From the NCBI GenBank assembly GCA_030704615.1, contig CM060732.1, forward strand, positions 10,602,001-10,666,000: a stretch of 64,000 nucleotides of DNA, in the 5' to 3' direction. This DNA comes from Takakia lepidozioides (lineage: Eukaryota; Plantae; Bryophyta). A program made the translations under genes and the position numbers. The notes under the pieces were generated by a model, which saw only the letters and a program-made list of their open reading frames with translations, was not told where the DNA came from and did no database searches. This document shows positions 13,327 to 26,441 of the stretch, one piece after another (the stretch's first letter is position 1; the number at the start of each line of letters is the position of its first letter).

Positions 13327-14594
13327 GGTTTGCCCTTCCTACCCACAGTTCGTTTGAAGCATCGCCGGGTGCAAAGGCTTGGGAATTACCAGGGACCTCC
13401 GATAAGGATCCCGCAAATATTACCGGTCTAAGAATTCCTTCTCATACGCAGAAGTATGGAACCGAGCAGCTAAGAGCGCGAAATGGTAAGAAGGATTGAA
13501 CAGGAAACAAGAACCGAACCCCCAATCTCCAGCGCACAACAAGGGAAGTCCTACAAGGGCACTCTCAAACTTCACTGAGCGGGGAGGACGTAAGGCCGAT
13601 CATAGTCTCTCTTCTTTCACAACACGGATCCGCCCTCCCAAAACAAGCAACCGCCCTTTGAGTCAATCTCTCTGCATCCCACCACTCTGCAGATCCCATC
13701 CCTTCTCATCCCGAACCGCTCTCTAAAACCGAGAATGCCAATCCTTCTCTGAACCAACAACCGACCCAACTCACCACCATCCCCACTCTCCTCCTACACA
13801 CCCTCATCTGAAACCCCCATCTTAAGACTACTCAAACCCTCCCCTCCCCCAAACGCTGCCATATTTTCGTCGATTGAGCACAGGCAGAGACCGGAGGGTA
13901 TGACGAGACAGGCTGACTACCTCTCTACAAGAATCCAGGGAGCCTGATGAGTGTCGCTTATATCATCAGCCCAACGACCGCTTCCTCGCACGTGCCAATC
14001 CCCACCCAAATTTCAAATTTGGGCCTATCCACCTTATCCTTGTGGCCCACACTGCCAACCCCACCCTCGCTGCAGGCCGTTACGTCCACAGCGTGTGGGT
14101 GGATTCTTGTGGGGAATGTAAGTAGCCACTATTTTATGAAATCTGTAGAACGACACCACCCACATCCGACATCTCTGCCGAAGTTTTTCGCTGAAGGATT
14201 AGCGCACTAAACTTCCCCTGACTCACTCTACGACTTGTTGTTCAGAGTACCATAACAGAGTCGCCTTGTTGTCCATCTCTGGATTCGGTGAAGGAGGTGG
14301 CATGGTGTAAGTGGGGAGAATCAGCAGTGGAGGAGTGACAACGTCACAGCTGTTATTATAGGCTGAATCAGCGCCATTTTGCAGGCTCCACACTCCAGAG
14401 TCCATACCTGGTGGAGAGGCACACGCATCCATCTGTTATTATTACCACGCTAAAAGCATGTGTCCGCATCATCTAACAGCCTCATCTCTCTTGGAATGCT
14501 TTGTGCACCTTGGAATTCCGAGATATTGAGACTGTGTACCGCCCACGAGCTCCTTGGATACAAATGGGAGACCGGTCAAGCTGCGATTTAGACA

Positions 14595-14705
14595 AGTGAG
14601 CAAGAGAATGCCCATGGAGGGCCCAATGGCACATTTTGAAGGGTTGAACCCAGGATCACCCTGGTTATGGCACAAACTCCTGCGAAAGTGGAGGTGAGTC
14701 AAGCA
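14595..14705 (-). mobile_element. Degenerate tRNA-derived SINE fragment (family B)
   Basis: Shares GAGGGCCCAATGG...TTGAACCCAGGATCACC..GGTTATG with 49130-49240. B-box GGTTCAACCC is on the minus strand. Confidence 0.55.
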
Positions 14706-15055
14706 AGAGCTTTACATCAATCACACTGTTGACTCTGCTGTTTTCTCAAACAGTAGTAGTTACTAGTAGGCGCTTGGTAGTCACGGGAGCTCGCCGTTCA
14801 AGGCGGGCGGCTTGGTGTGGCCACCGCCTCATTGCTAGAATATCAAGTTCCACGGTGAGGCCCAGATAATTCCATCAATCACTGCAGGGATGTTCCCGTC
14901 CAGAGAACGTGGTGTGCAATGCAGTAGATTTATCAACGGTATAAACACAGGACGGGCACTCAGAGTCCAGAGAGTAAAGAGCATTCAAGAGCTCGGGGTT
15001 CAAGAAAAGCCCATCAGAAGCATTCAATCCAGTATTCGAGAGTGGTGCACTGGTG

Positions 15056-15673
15056 GCCCGAATGCCGCGATGAGATGCTGACTATTTATGTACTAGAGAA
15101 CGCGCCCCCTAGGGCGCATTATGGCTCCTAGTGAGTCACTAGGGCGAGCCCGGGATGCCGCGATGAGATGCTGAGTATTTATGTACTAGAGAACGCGCCC
15201 CCTAGGGCGCATTATGGCTCCTAGTGAGTCACTAGGGCGAGCCCGGGATGCCGCGATGAGATGCTGAGTATTTATGTACTAGAGAACGCGCCCCCTAGGG
15301 CGCATTATGGCTCCTAGTGAGTCACTAGGGCGAGCCCGGGATGCCGCGATGAGATGCTGAGTATTTATGTACTAGAGAACGCGCCCCCTAGGGCGCATTA
15401 TGGCTCCTAGTGAGTCACTAGGGCGAGCCCGGGATGCCGCGATGAGATGCTGAGTATTTATGTACTAGAGAACGCGCCCCCTAGGGCGCATTATGGCTCC
15501 TAGTGAGTCACTAGGGCGAGCCCGGGATGCCGCGATGAGATGCTGAGTATTTATGTACTAGAGAACGCGCCCCCTAGGGCGCATTATGGCTCCTAGTGAG
15601 TCACTAGGGCGAGCCCGGGAGGGCGAGACCTAGGGCGAAGTAGGAGCCATAATGCGCCCTAGGGGGCGCGTTC
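15056..15673. repeat. 93-bp tandem array (6 near-perfect copies) followed by an inverted partial copy; units resemble Helitron 3' ends
   Basis: Units start at ~15056, 15148, 15241, 15334, 15427 and 15520, with a partial unit at 15613. 15641-15673 is the reverse complement of GAACGCGCCCCCTAGGGCGCATTATGGCTCCTA. Each unit contains the palindrome CCTAGTGAGTCACTAGG. Confidence 0.92.
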
Positions 15674-16605
15674 CCTGGCGTAAAGAACTTTTGGGAGCAG
15701 ATTCTGCGAGGCCCTGATTGGCTGCAGGCCATAATGAGGCAAGTAAAGTCAAACTGCCGATTAGGAGAGTCAAACAGCCGATTAGGAACGCAGAAAGCGC
15801 CAGCGCCGTGGAGCGTCGATCTTCTGCATCCTAATTTGCCTCAAAAACGGCAGAATCTGCCCCCAAAATCCTTTACGAATCACGAACAAGCCCGTGCTTA
15901 TAATAGCTCCAATCGATGCCCTCAAAGTGTCATTCTCTAACAAAATCTCTGACTCTTTCCGTTTGCTGATACTAGTAACGTAATAATAAGGACTCATGAT
16001 CAATCTAGGTAGTTAGTACTAATCTCTGCTGGAAAACCTTATTATGTTGACAAAAGGTAAAGAAGCAGTACTTTATACATCGAATACGCCTGTCTGATCT
16101 TTATTAAATGAACTCTCAGTACAAGTAACGACTTTCCTATTTATAAAGTGTTATGTACTGACTCAACGAGTATCATAAAAGCTTTGACATAGTTTGCATA
16201 GTTTGCATAGCTGCGAGAGCAACGTCCAGACCAACCAACGGGGAGAACCGGCGCAGCCAGTTACATGCTAGCCGACTGATTTCCAGAATTTTCGAATGAA
16301 ATATGAAACCTCAGGAAATGGATCCGAGGGAAAAAATGGCCGAAGCGGAAATCAACTGGGTGCCCTACTTTTAGGAAGGATATTTGCCTTTCCATTTCAT
16401 TGCAGACAAGAAATCTGCCTTAGTTGGCAAGGCCTGGACGGATTCCGGCCCTTCTTATATTACAAAAAACGGAAATGGCCGTTGAAGTCCACCACATGGC
16501 GGAAATCCAACGTGCCAGGCCGGGTTACATCAGAGGAAGGTCGTTTAGGTGAAAAAATATTGAACTCAAGAGGGCGCCCGTGGGCAAACCCTACTAAGTC
16601 TGGAC

Positions 16606-17112
16606 CAGTGTTGGACTGGTATATAGGTGAAGGACTGGTATATAATATTGGTATATGCACTGGTATTACATACCTGACTAGTCTGGTATTATTTGGGAGA
16701 GTACTTGGTCATATACCAGACCAGGCTGGTATAGGTTTTTTCATACCAGCCACAATACCAGCACTCCCCCACCTTCTTCCTAATTTATTCTGGTATGTAT
16801 ACTGAAGTAATTTATGTGTACATCTGCCTATATATTTGTACTTAAGTATATTTATTTCTTTATGTATATTTTATTTGTTTTCACTTGATACTTGCCATTT
16901 GATACATTTGTAACTCAAGATGGCTTTGGAATGATACCATAGTTGATATCTCATACCAGCTGGTATTGTGGTCATGATACTCATATTCATACCAGTATGT
17001 GGAAAAAAATACATCCACCATTATATAGACCAGACTGGTATGAAAGTTTTGTGATGCGTCTGGTACTAGGACCAGTTTGGTATGTAAAAAACTTGATACC
17101 AGTCCAACACTG
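16606..17112. mobile_element. hAT-type MITE
   Basis: TIR CAGTGTTGGACTGGTAT...ATACCAGTCCAACACTG with a perfect 8-bp TSD GTCTGGAC. Confidence 0.92.
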
Positions 17113-17360
17113 GTCTGGACATTGCTCTCGCAGCCCCCAGCCCCACGCTTGCTTGCACTCCCTACCTGCTATCACAGCTCACCTATCCACGCGAGTTCAA
17201 TCCATGTGGTTTGAGGGCATTGACAGGTCCAACTTCTATAAGGATACAATGTTCTTCACTTGTTTGAATTGCTTAAAACTGGTTGTGATTATTTATTATT
17301 TATTTATTTATTTTACTTATTGTTGTGCATTTGACACGTGTTGTCAACCGGTTGATATTT

Positions 17361-17765
17361 ATAAGGAAGATAATAGGCTTAATATAAGAACTTAATGCGA
17401 GTGCGTCAGGACGGTCCAGCCCTGACACCCCGTACCGCCGGCTCTCCGCCTCCAACAGCCATCAAAAGGCAGCCGACTGGGCTCGGTCAATCCCTCCCCA
17501 GCCCCGCTCTCATCCCATCGGCATCGTCGCCCCCAGCGCGTCGTCGTTCTGCGACACCAATCCGCCGCTTCCACTAGTCCGCCAGTTCTCTGTAACCCTG
17601 CACGTCAGCCCCTGTGACCCCCGCCCCGGGTGTAACCCTCGCCCCCAGGTAACCCTCTGTAACTCCGCCGAGTGTAACTCCGCCGAGTGTAACCCTCACC
17701 ACCATGTAACCCTCTGTAACCCATGTAACCCTATGTAGAGTGCCACCGTAGAGTGTCCCCCTCAC
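17361..17765 (+). repeat. Left arm of a long inverted repeat (partner at 36317-36683)
   Basis: AGGAAGATAATAG..AATATAAGAACTTAATGCGAG...CCCTGCACGTCAGCCCCTG...AGAGTGTCCCC is found reverse-complemented, with substitutions, at 36317-36683. Confidence 0.9.
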
Positions 17766-19990
17766 CCCTATGTAACCCTCTGTAATCCACGTAACCCATA
17801 TAACCCGCTGTAACCCATGTAATCCTCTGTGACCCCTCTGTAATCCATGTAACCCATATAACCTGCTGCAACCCTATGTGACCCTCTACAACCCTCTGTC
17901 ACCCTCTATGACCCATGTAATCCTCTGTCACCCTCTGTGACTCTCTGTACCCCTCTGTATCCCATGTAACCCTCTGTAACTCCGCCGAGTGTAACCCTCA
18001 TCACCATATAACCCTATGTAACCCATGTAACCCATATAACCTGCTGTAACCCTCTGAAACCCTCTGTAATCCATGTAATCCATGTAACCCTCTATAACAC
18101 CGTAGAGTGTAACCCGAGTCGCCCCTATGTAATCCTCACTCCATGTAACCCTCTGAAAACCTCTGTAGCCCTCTGTAACCCTCTGTAACCCATGTAACCC
18201 TTTGTAACACTGCAGAGTGTCACCCTCACCCCCTATGTAACCCTCACTCCATGTAACCCTCTATAACACTTTGTAACCCATGTAACCCTCTGTGACCCTC
18301 TGTAACCCTCACCACCATGTAACCCTCTGTAACCCATGTAACCCTTTGTGACACCACAGAGTGTCACCCTCACTCCATGTAACCCTCTGTAACCCTTTGT
18401 AACCCATGTAACCCTCTGTGACCCTCTTTAACCTTCACCAGGTGTAATCCTCACCACCATGTAACCCTCTGTAACACCGCAGAGTGTCACCCTCACCCCT
18501 ATGTAACCGTCACTCCATGTAATCCTATGTAACCATTTGTAACCCATGTAACCCTCTGTGACCCTCTGTAACCCATGTAACCCTCTGTAACACCGCAGAG
18601 TGTCACCCTCACCTCTATGTAACCCTCACTCCATGTAACCCTCTGTAACCCTTGTAACCCTCTGTAACACCACAGAATGTCACCCTCACCCCTATGTAAC
18701 CCTCACTCCATGTAACCCTCTGTAATCCATGTAACCCCATGACCCTTTGTGACCATGTAACCCTCTGTTACTCCGCGGGGTGTAACCCTCACTCCATGTT
18801 ATCCCGCATCATGTAACCCTCTCATTATGTGATCCCATGTGACCCCCACCATATGTAATACTCACCCCAATGTAACCCTCTGTAATTCCGCCGGGTGTAA
18901 CCCTCGCCATATGTAACCCATGTAACCCTCACCCCTATGTAACCCTATAATCGTCACCATATATAATCAATGTAACCCTCAACGTCGTGTAACCCGTTTC
19001 CCTTGTAACCTTCTCTCATTGTAACCCCGTATAATGTAACCCTCCCATTATGTAATCCCAAGTACCCCCATCATATGTAACCCGCATCGTGTAATCCCAA
19101 TGCAAGCTCGTATCATGTAACCCCCTTTAACTCCGCCGGGTATAACCCTCACCCTCATGTAACCCTCTGTAGGTCCGCCGAGTGTAAACCTCACCCCAAG
19201 TAACCATCTGTAACCCTCTGTACCACATGTAATCCTAAGTAACTCATGTACCCCCAATAACTCCGCCGGGTGTAACTCTCAACCCTATGTAACCCTCTGT
19301 AACCCTTTGTAACCCTTTGTAACCCCTCTATAACCCCCTGTAACTCCGCCGCATGTTACCCTCACCCCCATGTAACCCTTTGTAAGTCCGCCGAGTGTAA
19401 CCCTCACCCCAAGTAACCCTTTGTAACCCTTTGTACCCCATGTAACCCTAAGTAACTCATGTACCCCTTGGAACTCCGCCGGGTGTAACCCTCAACCTTA
19501 TATAATCCTATGTAACCCCCTGTAACTCCGCCGGGTGTAATCCTCACCCCATGTAACCCTCTGTAAGTTAGCCGAGTGTAACCCTCATCCCATGCAACCC
19601 TCTGTAACCCTCTGTACCCCATTCAACCCTCTGTAACTCCGCCGATTGTAACCCTCACCACCATGTAACCCCGCATCATGTAACCCGCTGTAACCTTTTG
19701 TAACCCCATGTAACCCTCTGTAACCCATATAACCCTCTATACCCCATGTAAGGGATGTAATCCCATGTAACCCTCCGAACCCCATGTAACCCTTTGTGTC
19801 CTTTGTTATAACACCATGTAATCCTCCGTACCCAATGTAACCCTCTGTAAGTCCGCCTGGTGTAACCATCATTCCATGTAACCCCGCATTATGTAACCCG
19901 CTTCATATGTAACTCTAGTGTAACTCCATTATCCTTGTAACCCACGCCCATGTAATCCCCTGCACGTCAGCCCCTGCAACTCCGCCTCGT
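17590..19990 (+). repeat. Degenerate TGTAACCC-based subterminal satellite (~2.4 kb)
   Basis: Dense runs of TGTAACCC(T/A) variants interspersed with ACTCCGCCG and GAGTGTCACCCTC. The opposite orientation (GGGTTACA) appears at 20540-20850. Confidence 0.92.
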
Positions 19991-20151
19991 GTACATCATA
20001 CACGTGTAAACTATCCGACGGCCGAATGGAGGTTGAAATGGAGGCTGAAACCCTAATTTGCTCTCTCCATCCATTTTTCAGATTCCTAACTCGCTCGTTT
20101 TTTTGCTTTGGGGCATCAGCTTTCTGCAATTCCCGTGGCGCCCAATCGGCT

Positions 20152-20460
20152 TCACACATCAATGCGACAGATTTGTAGTTCATTCAGTTCAGTATCATCC
20201 TCCCAGCAACATGCAAGACAACGCTTTCCGCGCAGCGATCCGACAAATCTATTACTACGGTTTTCTCTGCGATTGATACGGTTGTCTTTATCCTTTTTCT
20301 TTCTCAATGTCATTCTTGTTGTTTTGTCACCATCCCCGATGGCTATGGTATTCCTGAGATCCGCATTAGGAAAGGGTTTTGTTTCTTTCAGTCTAGCCAT
20401 GCAAGCAGCCGCTCATTTGACGAGGTGCCCATTCACTCTCATCTCGTGTATATTTTGTTC
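20152..20460 (-). pseudogene. Degenerate inverted paralog of the zinc-finger ORF at 21173
   Basis: AACMARLKETKPFPNADLRNTIAIGD aligns with AACMVRPKETKPFPDAELKHAMAVEN of the + strand ORF. There is an in-frame stop just upstream. Confidence 0.7.
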
Positions 20461-21172
20461 ACACACCAGCCGGGGCAACCTACTCATACGGTGTTTTCTT
20501 TCTCAATACATGGTGGCTTGGTAGACGGTTTAATAATGGAGGTTTAGATGGGGTTTACATGTTTGATGGGTTACATGGATGTTGCGCTCGCGAAGCCACA
20601 TAGGCTAAGGTTACATGGGTGGGACATTACATTGACCATGTTTACTTGGAGGTTGCATACTAATGGTTTGATATGACAGGGTTACATGGATGTTGTGTTC
20701 AGGAGTCACATAGACTAGGGGTACGTGAGGTTGTGATGAAGGGTTATATTATATGTGGGTACATGACGGAGGGTTACACTCGACGTGTCTCGCATGCGGG
20801 TAACGGCCGGTTTGTCGCGCTCACAAGTTTAGGGTTACGGGTTACACCCCGCTATTCCGAGTGATACCGGGATTGCAACTCATACACGTGGGAGTCAGTG
20901 CGGATGTAATTGATTGCAAGCCGCCGGATTTTAATGAACCGTCGTCTTTCGCTTAACCGATGTGCCTTACAGGTGACATCTAGCTAGCTTCATTCTTTGT
21001 TCTTTGATCATTGTTCAGTTTTTCCCTTCTTGCAACCCTTTCCTATTCTTCATGCACTCCCTGCTGTGTGTGCTCCCTGTTGTGCGTTCTTCGGAATTCT
21101 CTTGGTCTTGTCTTGTCTTGTCTTGCTGTTGCTCTTCTCTTCTCTTCTCTTCTGTCAACTTTTTCTTTTGCC

Positions 21173-24100
21173 ATGGCTGATTGTTATCTGTTCCCTGGAG
21201 AGGCTACTGTTCCATTTTATCACTTGAAGAGGGATGGCGAACAAGTTCGCTTCTGGTACATTGAGCATGAGCATGCTACAATGATCGCGTACTGCTACAC
21301 TAGGTGTAGAGAGGCCAAGGTGGAGGGAGCAAAGGGCCGGCCTAAGTTCAAATGTCCTTACTGTGGGGAAGTAAAGGCAGATAAGAGCAGATTGAATTGG
21401 CATATTGTCGATGGAACGGCCGCATGTATGGTCAGACCAAAAGAAACAAAACCGTTTCCTGATGCGGAGCTCAAGCATGCCATGGCTGTTGAAAATGTGG
21501 TGAATTCTGTTCCAACTTCTTCTGTTGATGCATATCATGCATAGATTCTGCAAAATAGGGTGGCTTTGGGTGGGATTACAGATCCTATTGAAGTGCCTGC
21601 TGTTGTACCTTCTTCGGCTACTTCTGCTACATAGGTTCCATCTTCTAGTGCTCCTGCTATTTCTGTCCCTGGTCCTTTTGTTCAGCAGGTTGAGACAAGC
21701 GGCGATTGAGCCCACCTTTACCTGTCCCTAATGCAAAGAAAATCAACATTGGAAACCGGGGAAACCGAAGCTCAAGGTTCATCTTGCGAAAACGAACTCC
21801 AGGCTCAATCCTTCTGCTAACGCATGGCCTTATTCCTCAGTTCCCATTTCCGAATGTCAATGAGAAGGGGTTTTGGCCGGCATTCCAAGAATTTGTTGCG
21901 CGAGGCGAGGGCGCAGTCCATGCGACAGCTGCAAAATCAAGTTGGGTTCTATCGACGGACAATCAAGTTGGATTCCCTGCCATTTTTTGTTTTTCAAATT
22001 TCGGGCTGTTGTCTATCCGTGTAACCCTTTGTGTAACCCAGAGTGTAACCCACCTACAGAGGACCCATTTTTTAAATCCCTATGGTGTGTAACCCACCTC
22101 TGTGTAACCCTTGTTTCAATCCATGTGTTGTGTAACCCACCTGCCTTGTACACCCTTATACATAAATCTGTCTGCTGTGTAGCCCACCTTCTTTGTAACC
22201 TTTTTTCATGTGTAACCCCTCGTGCTGTAACCCTTTTCTTTGGTGTAACCCCTCACGTTGTATTGCGCAGGGAGCTCGACATCATCTTAGAAGCGATGAT
22301 ATGGACAGTGTTGTTGCTGCCCACAAGACGTTTACAGCCCAGCCGGATCATGGTCTGTTAATGATAGAGGAATTGAATCGGGTGAAGGAGTATTTGGAGA
22401 GCATTGGGCATCCTGACATGCCAAAGCAGAAAAAGAAAAAAAGTGGGAGACTTACACGAGTCCATCAAGAGAGCCAAGCCTCATATGATGATGACACGAT
22501 GGACGAACCAGCTGTTGGCAATACTGACCTTGACAATGCCAAAACTTCAAATCCTCTTGTCATCACTATTACTGTAGATGGAATCGAAGGTTTGGTTGTT
22601 CCAGATCCATTGGAATTCACTCGCGGTTTCGCGGAAGGATTGATCAGCCAAATGGAGAATCTCACCAAACCGCACATTGGACCGCCACCACTCCTTTTGA
22701 GAATTCTGGCCCACAACAATGTAAGAAATCATGGCAGGTCAGTTTCCCAAACACATCCCAGGTTGGGGTTCATGACTGATATTCTAGAAAGTGCTCTTAC
22801 GGCCTCAAAGGTGAAGGACCTGGTCGATGAGTATTACGGCTTTAGTCTGATGTACTTTACACAACCTGGTGACGGAATCGCGACCTTGGATTCTGAGCTC
22901 GAGGACTTAAGATCGAGTTTGAGTACAGAAGAGTGGGGTGGTAGGTCAGTTAAGATCAACGGAGCTATACAGTTTTGCAAGGCAAGCCGTCGTCGCGCCG
23001 CCCATCACTTTGCGATCCATCAGAAAGAATCGTTTATCCAACTTTGGTATTGTGGCCTCTTCAACGAATCACCAACAGAAATGGACTTCAATGCACGTTT
23101 GGGCATCCAGTATATGAGAGACCTTGGGGTCTGTAGTGCCTTGATATCTCTGTAAGTGTTACTCCATCCACTGTCACCCCTCTCGTCCTGTAACCCTCTT
23201 TGTGTGTATTCCTGTAATCAGTGTAACCCTCGCTATGTGGAACCCTGTACTCAGTGTAACCCTCGTTGTGTATAACCATGTAATCAGTGTAACCCTCGGA
23301 GTATGTAACCCTGTAATCAGTGTACCCCTAATGTTACGCCTCGTTGTGTTACCCTAGATGTGTTACCCTCTCGTTGTGTAACTCACTAGTGTAACCCAGG
23401 TAGTGTAACCCATTGCAAACTATTGTCTCTAACAGGGTGGTGTAACCCACATCGTGTAATCCGAACCACTGTCTTGTCCTAGTCAGTGTAACCCTTACAT
23501 AGTGTAACCCTTGCACTTTCAAAAACCTCGTTCCACGACTAAAAACCTTTGTCTTTTCCCCGATGCAGATGAGTCCGAGCTCATGACCAATCAAGTCGCC
23601 AATGCGTTCAAAAAACTTTTTGAGGCTCAACGTGAGCTTCACGTTGTGTATGGGGCCCCTCCACAACGCGATACAGGGGGCGCGCAGACGAGTGATGGGC
23701 CCTCTGTGTTACAGGCTGTGGAAATGGAGGATGAGGAGATGGTTGAACCTCATCTTCATTCAATTTCCGCCCCGCAAAGCGACGATGTACATGACGAGGA
23801 CATCATTCCAAGTCAATCTGCCGTTGTATCTTTGTCGCAGGTTGGTGAATTGTATTCAACCCAGCTGCACTTAGGGGTGAACCTAGCACCTATTGCGGGA
23901 TTTGCCCGTGAATTCTGATACTGATACTGAAGATGATACATCAAGATGGAACACCCAAGTGCGAACCTCTTTGTCCGCAGCCCCAGTCATTTCTTTTGGA
24001 GATCTTAATCGAAGAACCACAGAACCAGCTCCACTCATTCCTTTCCTCGAACCGGGGACCCACTTGACCCAGAGTCTGTGTATGACTTTGAATCTGGAGA

Positions 24101-25400
24101 TGCTGAGTTGAACCCTCCATGCAGCAATGTAAGTATTTGTGAGGATAATGTGGTCAACCTCTCTCAGAATGACACTGTTTGAATGATGCAGACCGAAGAT
24201 CCAAGTCATTTGGCGCCACAACATGTCACATTGGAGGAGGTGGTCAGTATTGAGGGTGACATTGTCCGGGGGATTGAGCAGACAGACAGTCACCCAGCCT
24301 TCGTGGGTCACATTGATGCGGAGGGTGACACTGCAAAGGGAGGAGGCCCTGAAACCGAGGGTTACACTACACCTGAGGGTGACACTACGCAGAGAGGAGC
24401 AACAGGGAAGGAGGGTTACACTGCACCTCAGGGTGACACTGCGGATACCGGTGTGGCTGACACTGCCGTGAGGGACGTTGCCGTGGGTGACACACCATTG
24501 CCCGTGAACACTGCAACTTCCGTTGAGAGTGACAGTGACATGGGTTACATTGGTAGGGGTGACACCCCACAACCAACCCACATGGCAGATGTCCGTGAGT
24601 GTAACACTGCCATGGATGACACTCCACTGCCACTAGTCGTGGAGGGTGACACTCCTTTGCCACGGCCACTAGTCGCGACAGATGACGCTCTTCCGCTAGT
24701 CAACATGGTCTTGGAGGATGACAGTGCGGAGAAGGGCGACACAGTCAAGGATGACATTGAGGAGGTTGATGCAGAGAAGAGTGACATCAACATGGGTGAC
24801 ACGTGGAAGGGTGTCACCGAGGAGGTTGTCATTTGGAAGGGTGACACAGAGCCGGGTCACACTAAGAAGCGTTTCACTGTGGAGAGTCACGAAGAAAGGA
24901 TGTTGCAGAGCATCGTGACACCGAGAAGAGTGACACTGCCAAGGGTGACACTCATAAGGTTGTTACTCAGCAGGGTGACACTGGGAAGAAACCCGATGAG
25001 AAGGGTGACACTGCAAAGAGTGACACTGATAAAGCGGCCAAAGAGAAGGGTGACACTGAAAAGAGTGACACTGAGAAGGTAGCCGAAGAGAAGGGTGACA
25101 CTGAGAAGCGTGACTCTGACAAGGGGTCTGAACAGAAGGGTGACACTGACAAGGGCAGCACCGAGGAGGTGAGTGGTGACACTTCTGCCCTTGGTCAGTC
25201 ACCTCCCTAGCACGTCTCAGACGAGGGAGTGTAGTCATCAGCACTTGCAGCAAACTCAGAACAAGGCACCTCTAGCCCAGAAATTCCCCATATCGGCGGC
25301 ATTGTCAACCCTGGGGTTGCAGAGAATCCCAGGAGGTCAAAATGGCCGCCTGCTCAAAGAAAGCGGTTGGCTGAACCCCCTAGCGCTGACAAGTTTTCAG
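21173..25400 (+). pseudogene. Decayed, apparently spliced TE-associated gene of unknown family: N-terminal zinc-finger-like motif, central globular region, C-terminal acidic EGDT repeats
   Basis: ATG at 21173 and the motif KFKCPYCGEVKADKSRLNWH. Several premature stops. Candidate junctions GCAG|GGAGCT (22271), CTCT|GTAAGT (~23151) and GCAG|ATGAGT (23569) flank TGTAACCC-rich intron-like stretches. 24183-25140 encodes EGDT/EGYT/KGDT repeats. Confidence 0.5.
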
Positions 25401-26189
25401 CCCACTAAGCTAGTAAGGAAGTGCCCAGTATACGACTTTTGTGTCACACATTAGTGGAAAAATAAACCAACACCAACTTTCACATCCCTCATCCCATTAG
25501 AGCTTTGCCAACTTCACTGCCTCCCTGGAATCCCCCCCCCCTGTGAAAAAGCAAGTATAAAGCAAATTCCCAGAGACATGTTTACCAGTGATATATGTCT
25601 CGCTGATAGTCGTTGAGAAACAAGGCTCTTAAGCTTTGCCCACAAACTCAACATCAAATATGAGTGTTGAATTGGGGGGGTATGACACACAACCTTGCAA
25701 TCCAACAACTTCTCACGGTTTAGAAAAGACCTTTCAAAAATGAAGAGATGGAAGAGATTGAAAGGGAACTATGTGGTTCAGGGCTGGATTAAATGGGGCA
25801 GCTTGGATGGGCCTTGGGTTGCTGCCTACAGTGAAACAGAGAATATGGCATGCTACTGGAGGCATATCAATCGCATATCAATCCTCCTTGTCCACAACTG
25901 ACAACCCTCTAGAGCTGGCACCAGCAACAATCCATATTTTTCATCTAGGCCATCATCATTGCCAAAGTAAATTTGCCCCTACCTCTCTTGACATAAGATG
26001 CCTCTATTCTCACTGTGGAATTAGAATGGGAGAACCATGCATTGGTATGAACAGACTCTTACATGGCAAAAACCCTCGACAAACGGGGAGAGAGGAGAAG
26101 AGAATGGAGGTACCGCCGCCCTCGGCAGTTGGTGGTTTTTTGGGGAAATGACATAGTGAATGCCTATAATTACTTATAGGGCCTCCCTC

Positions 26190-26441
26190 CTATGACAACC
26201 ATGCTGGGCATCCTGCGATCATTGCATTCCAAGACACCACATCTTGTTCGGCCATATCATCGAACACTCCCTTGTCATCCTTGATGCTACCACATTCAAA
26301 ATACATGTCCATCCAGGTAGAGTTTAGAACAAATCCCTCTCGTACTATTCCCATTTTGAGGCTGTCCAATTTCAGGGCTACCAAGCTCGCACATTCATTG
26401 CAAACGCAACCAATTGTGACCTTGTCCGGCTTCAGCATCAC
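26190..26441 (-). pseudogene. PLS-class pentatricopeptide repeat (PPR) gene fragment
   Basis: PDKVT...LNSTWMDMYFECGSIKDDKGVFDDMAEQDVVSWNAMIAG matches the plant PLS PPR consensus NALVDMYAKCGSIEDARRVFDxMxERDVVSWNAMIAG. The fragment is isolated and degenerate. Confidence 0.8.

Noticed and set aside
15056-15620. CRISPR array
   Set aside because: Whole 93-bp units are identical, so there are no unique spacers.
17392-17577. Small duplicated ORFs at 17395 and 36649 as genes
   Set aside because: They are by-products of the GC-rich inverted arms, open on both strands, with no coding evidence.
17590-19990. Telomere or interstitial telomeric repeat
   Set aside because: Units are irregular TGTAACCC variants, not tandem CCCTAAA or CCCTAA, and they are tied to the inverted arm.
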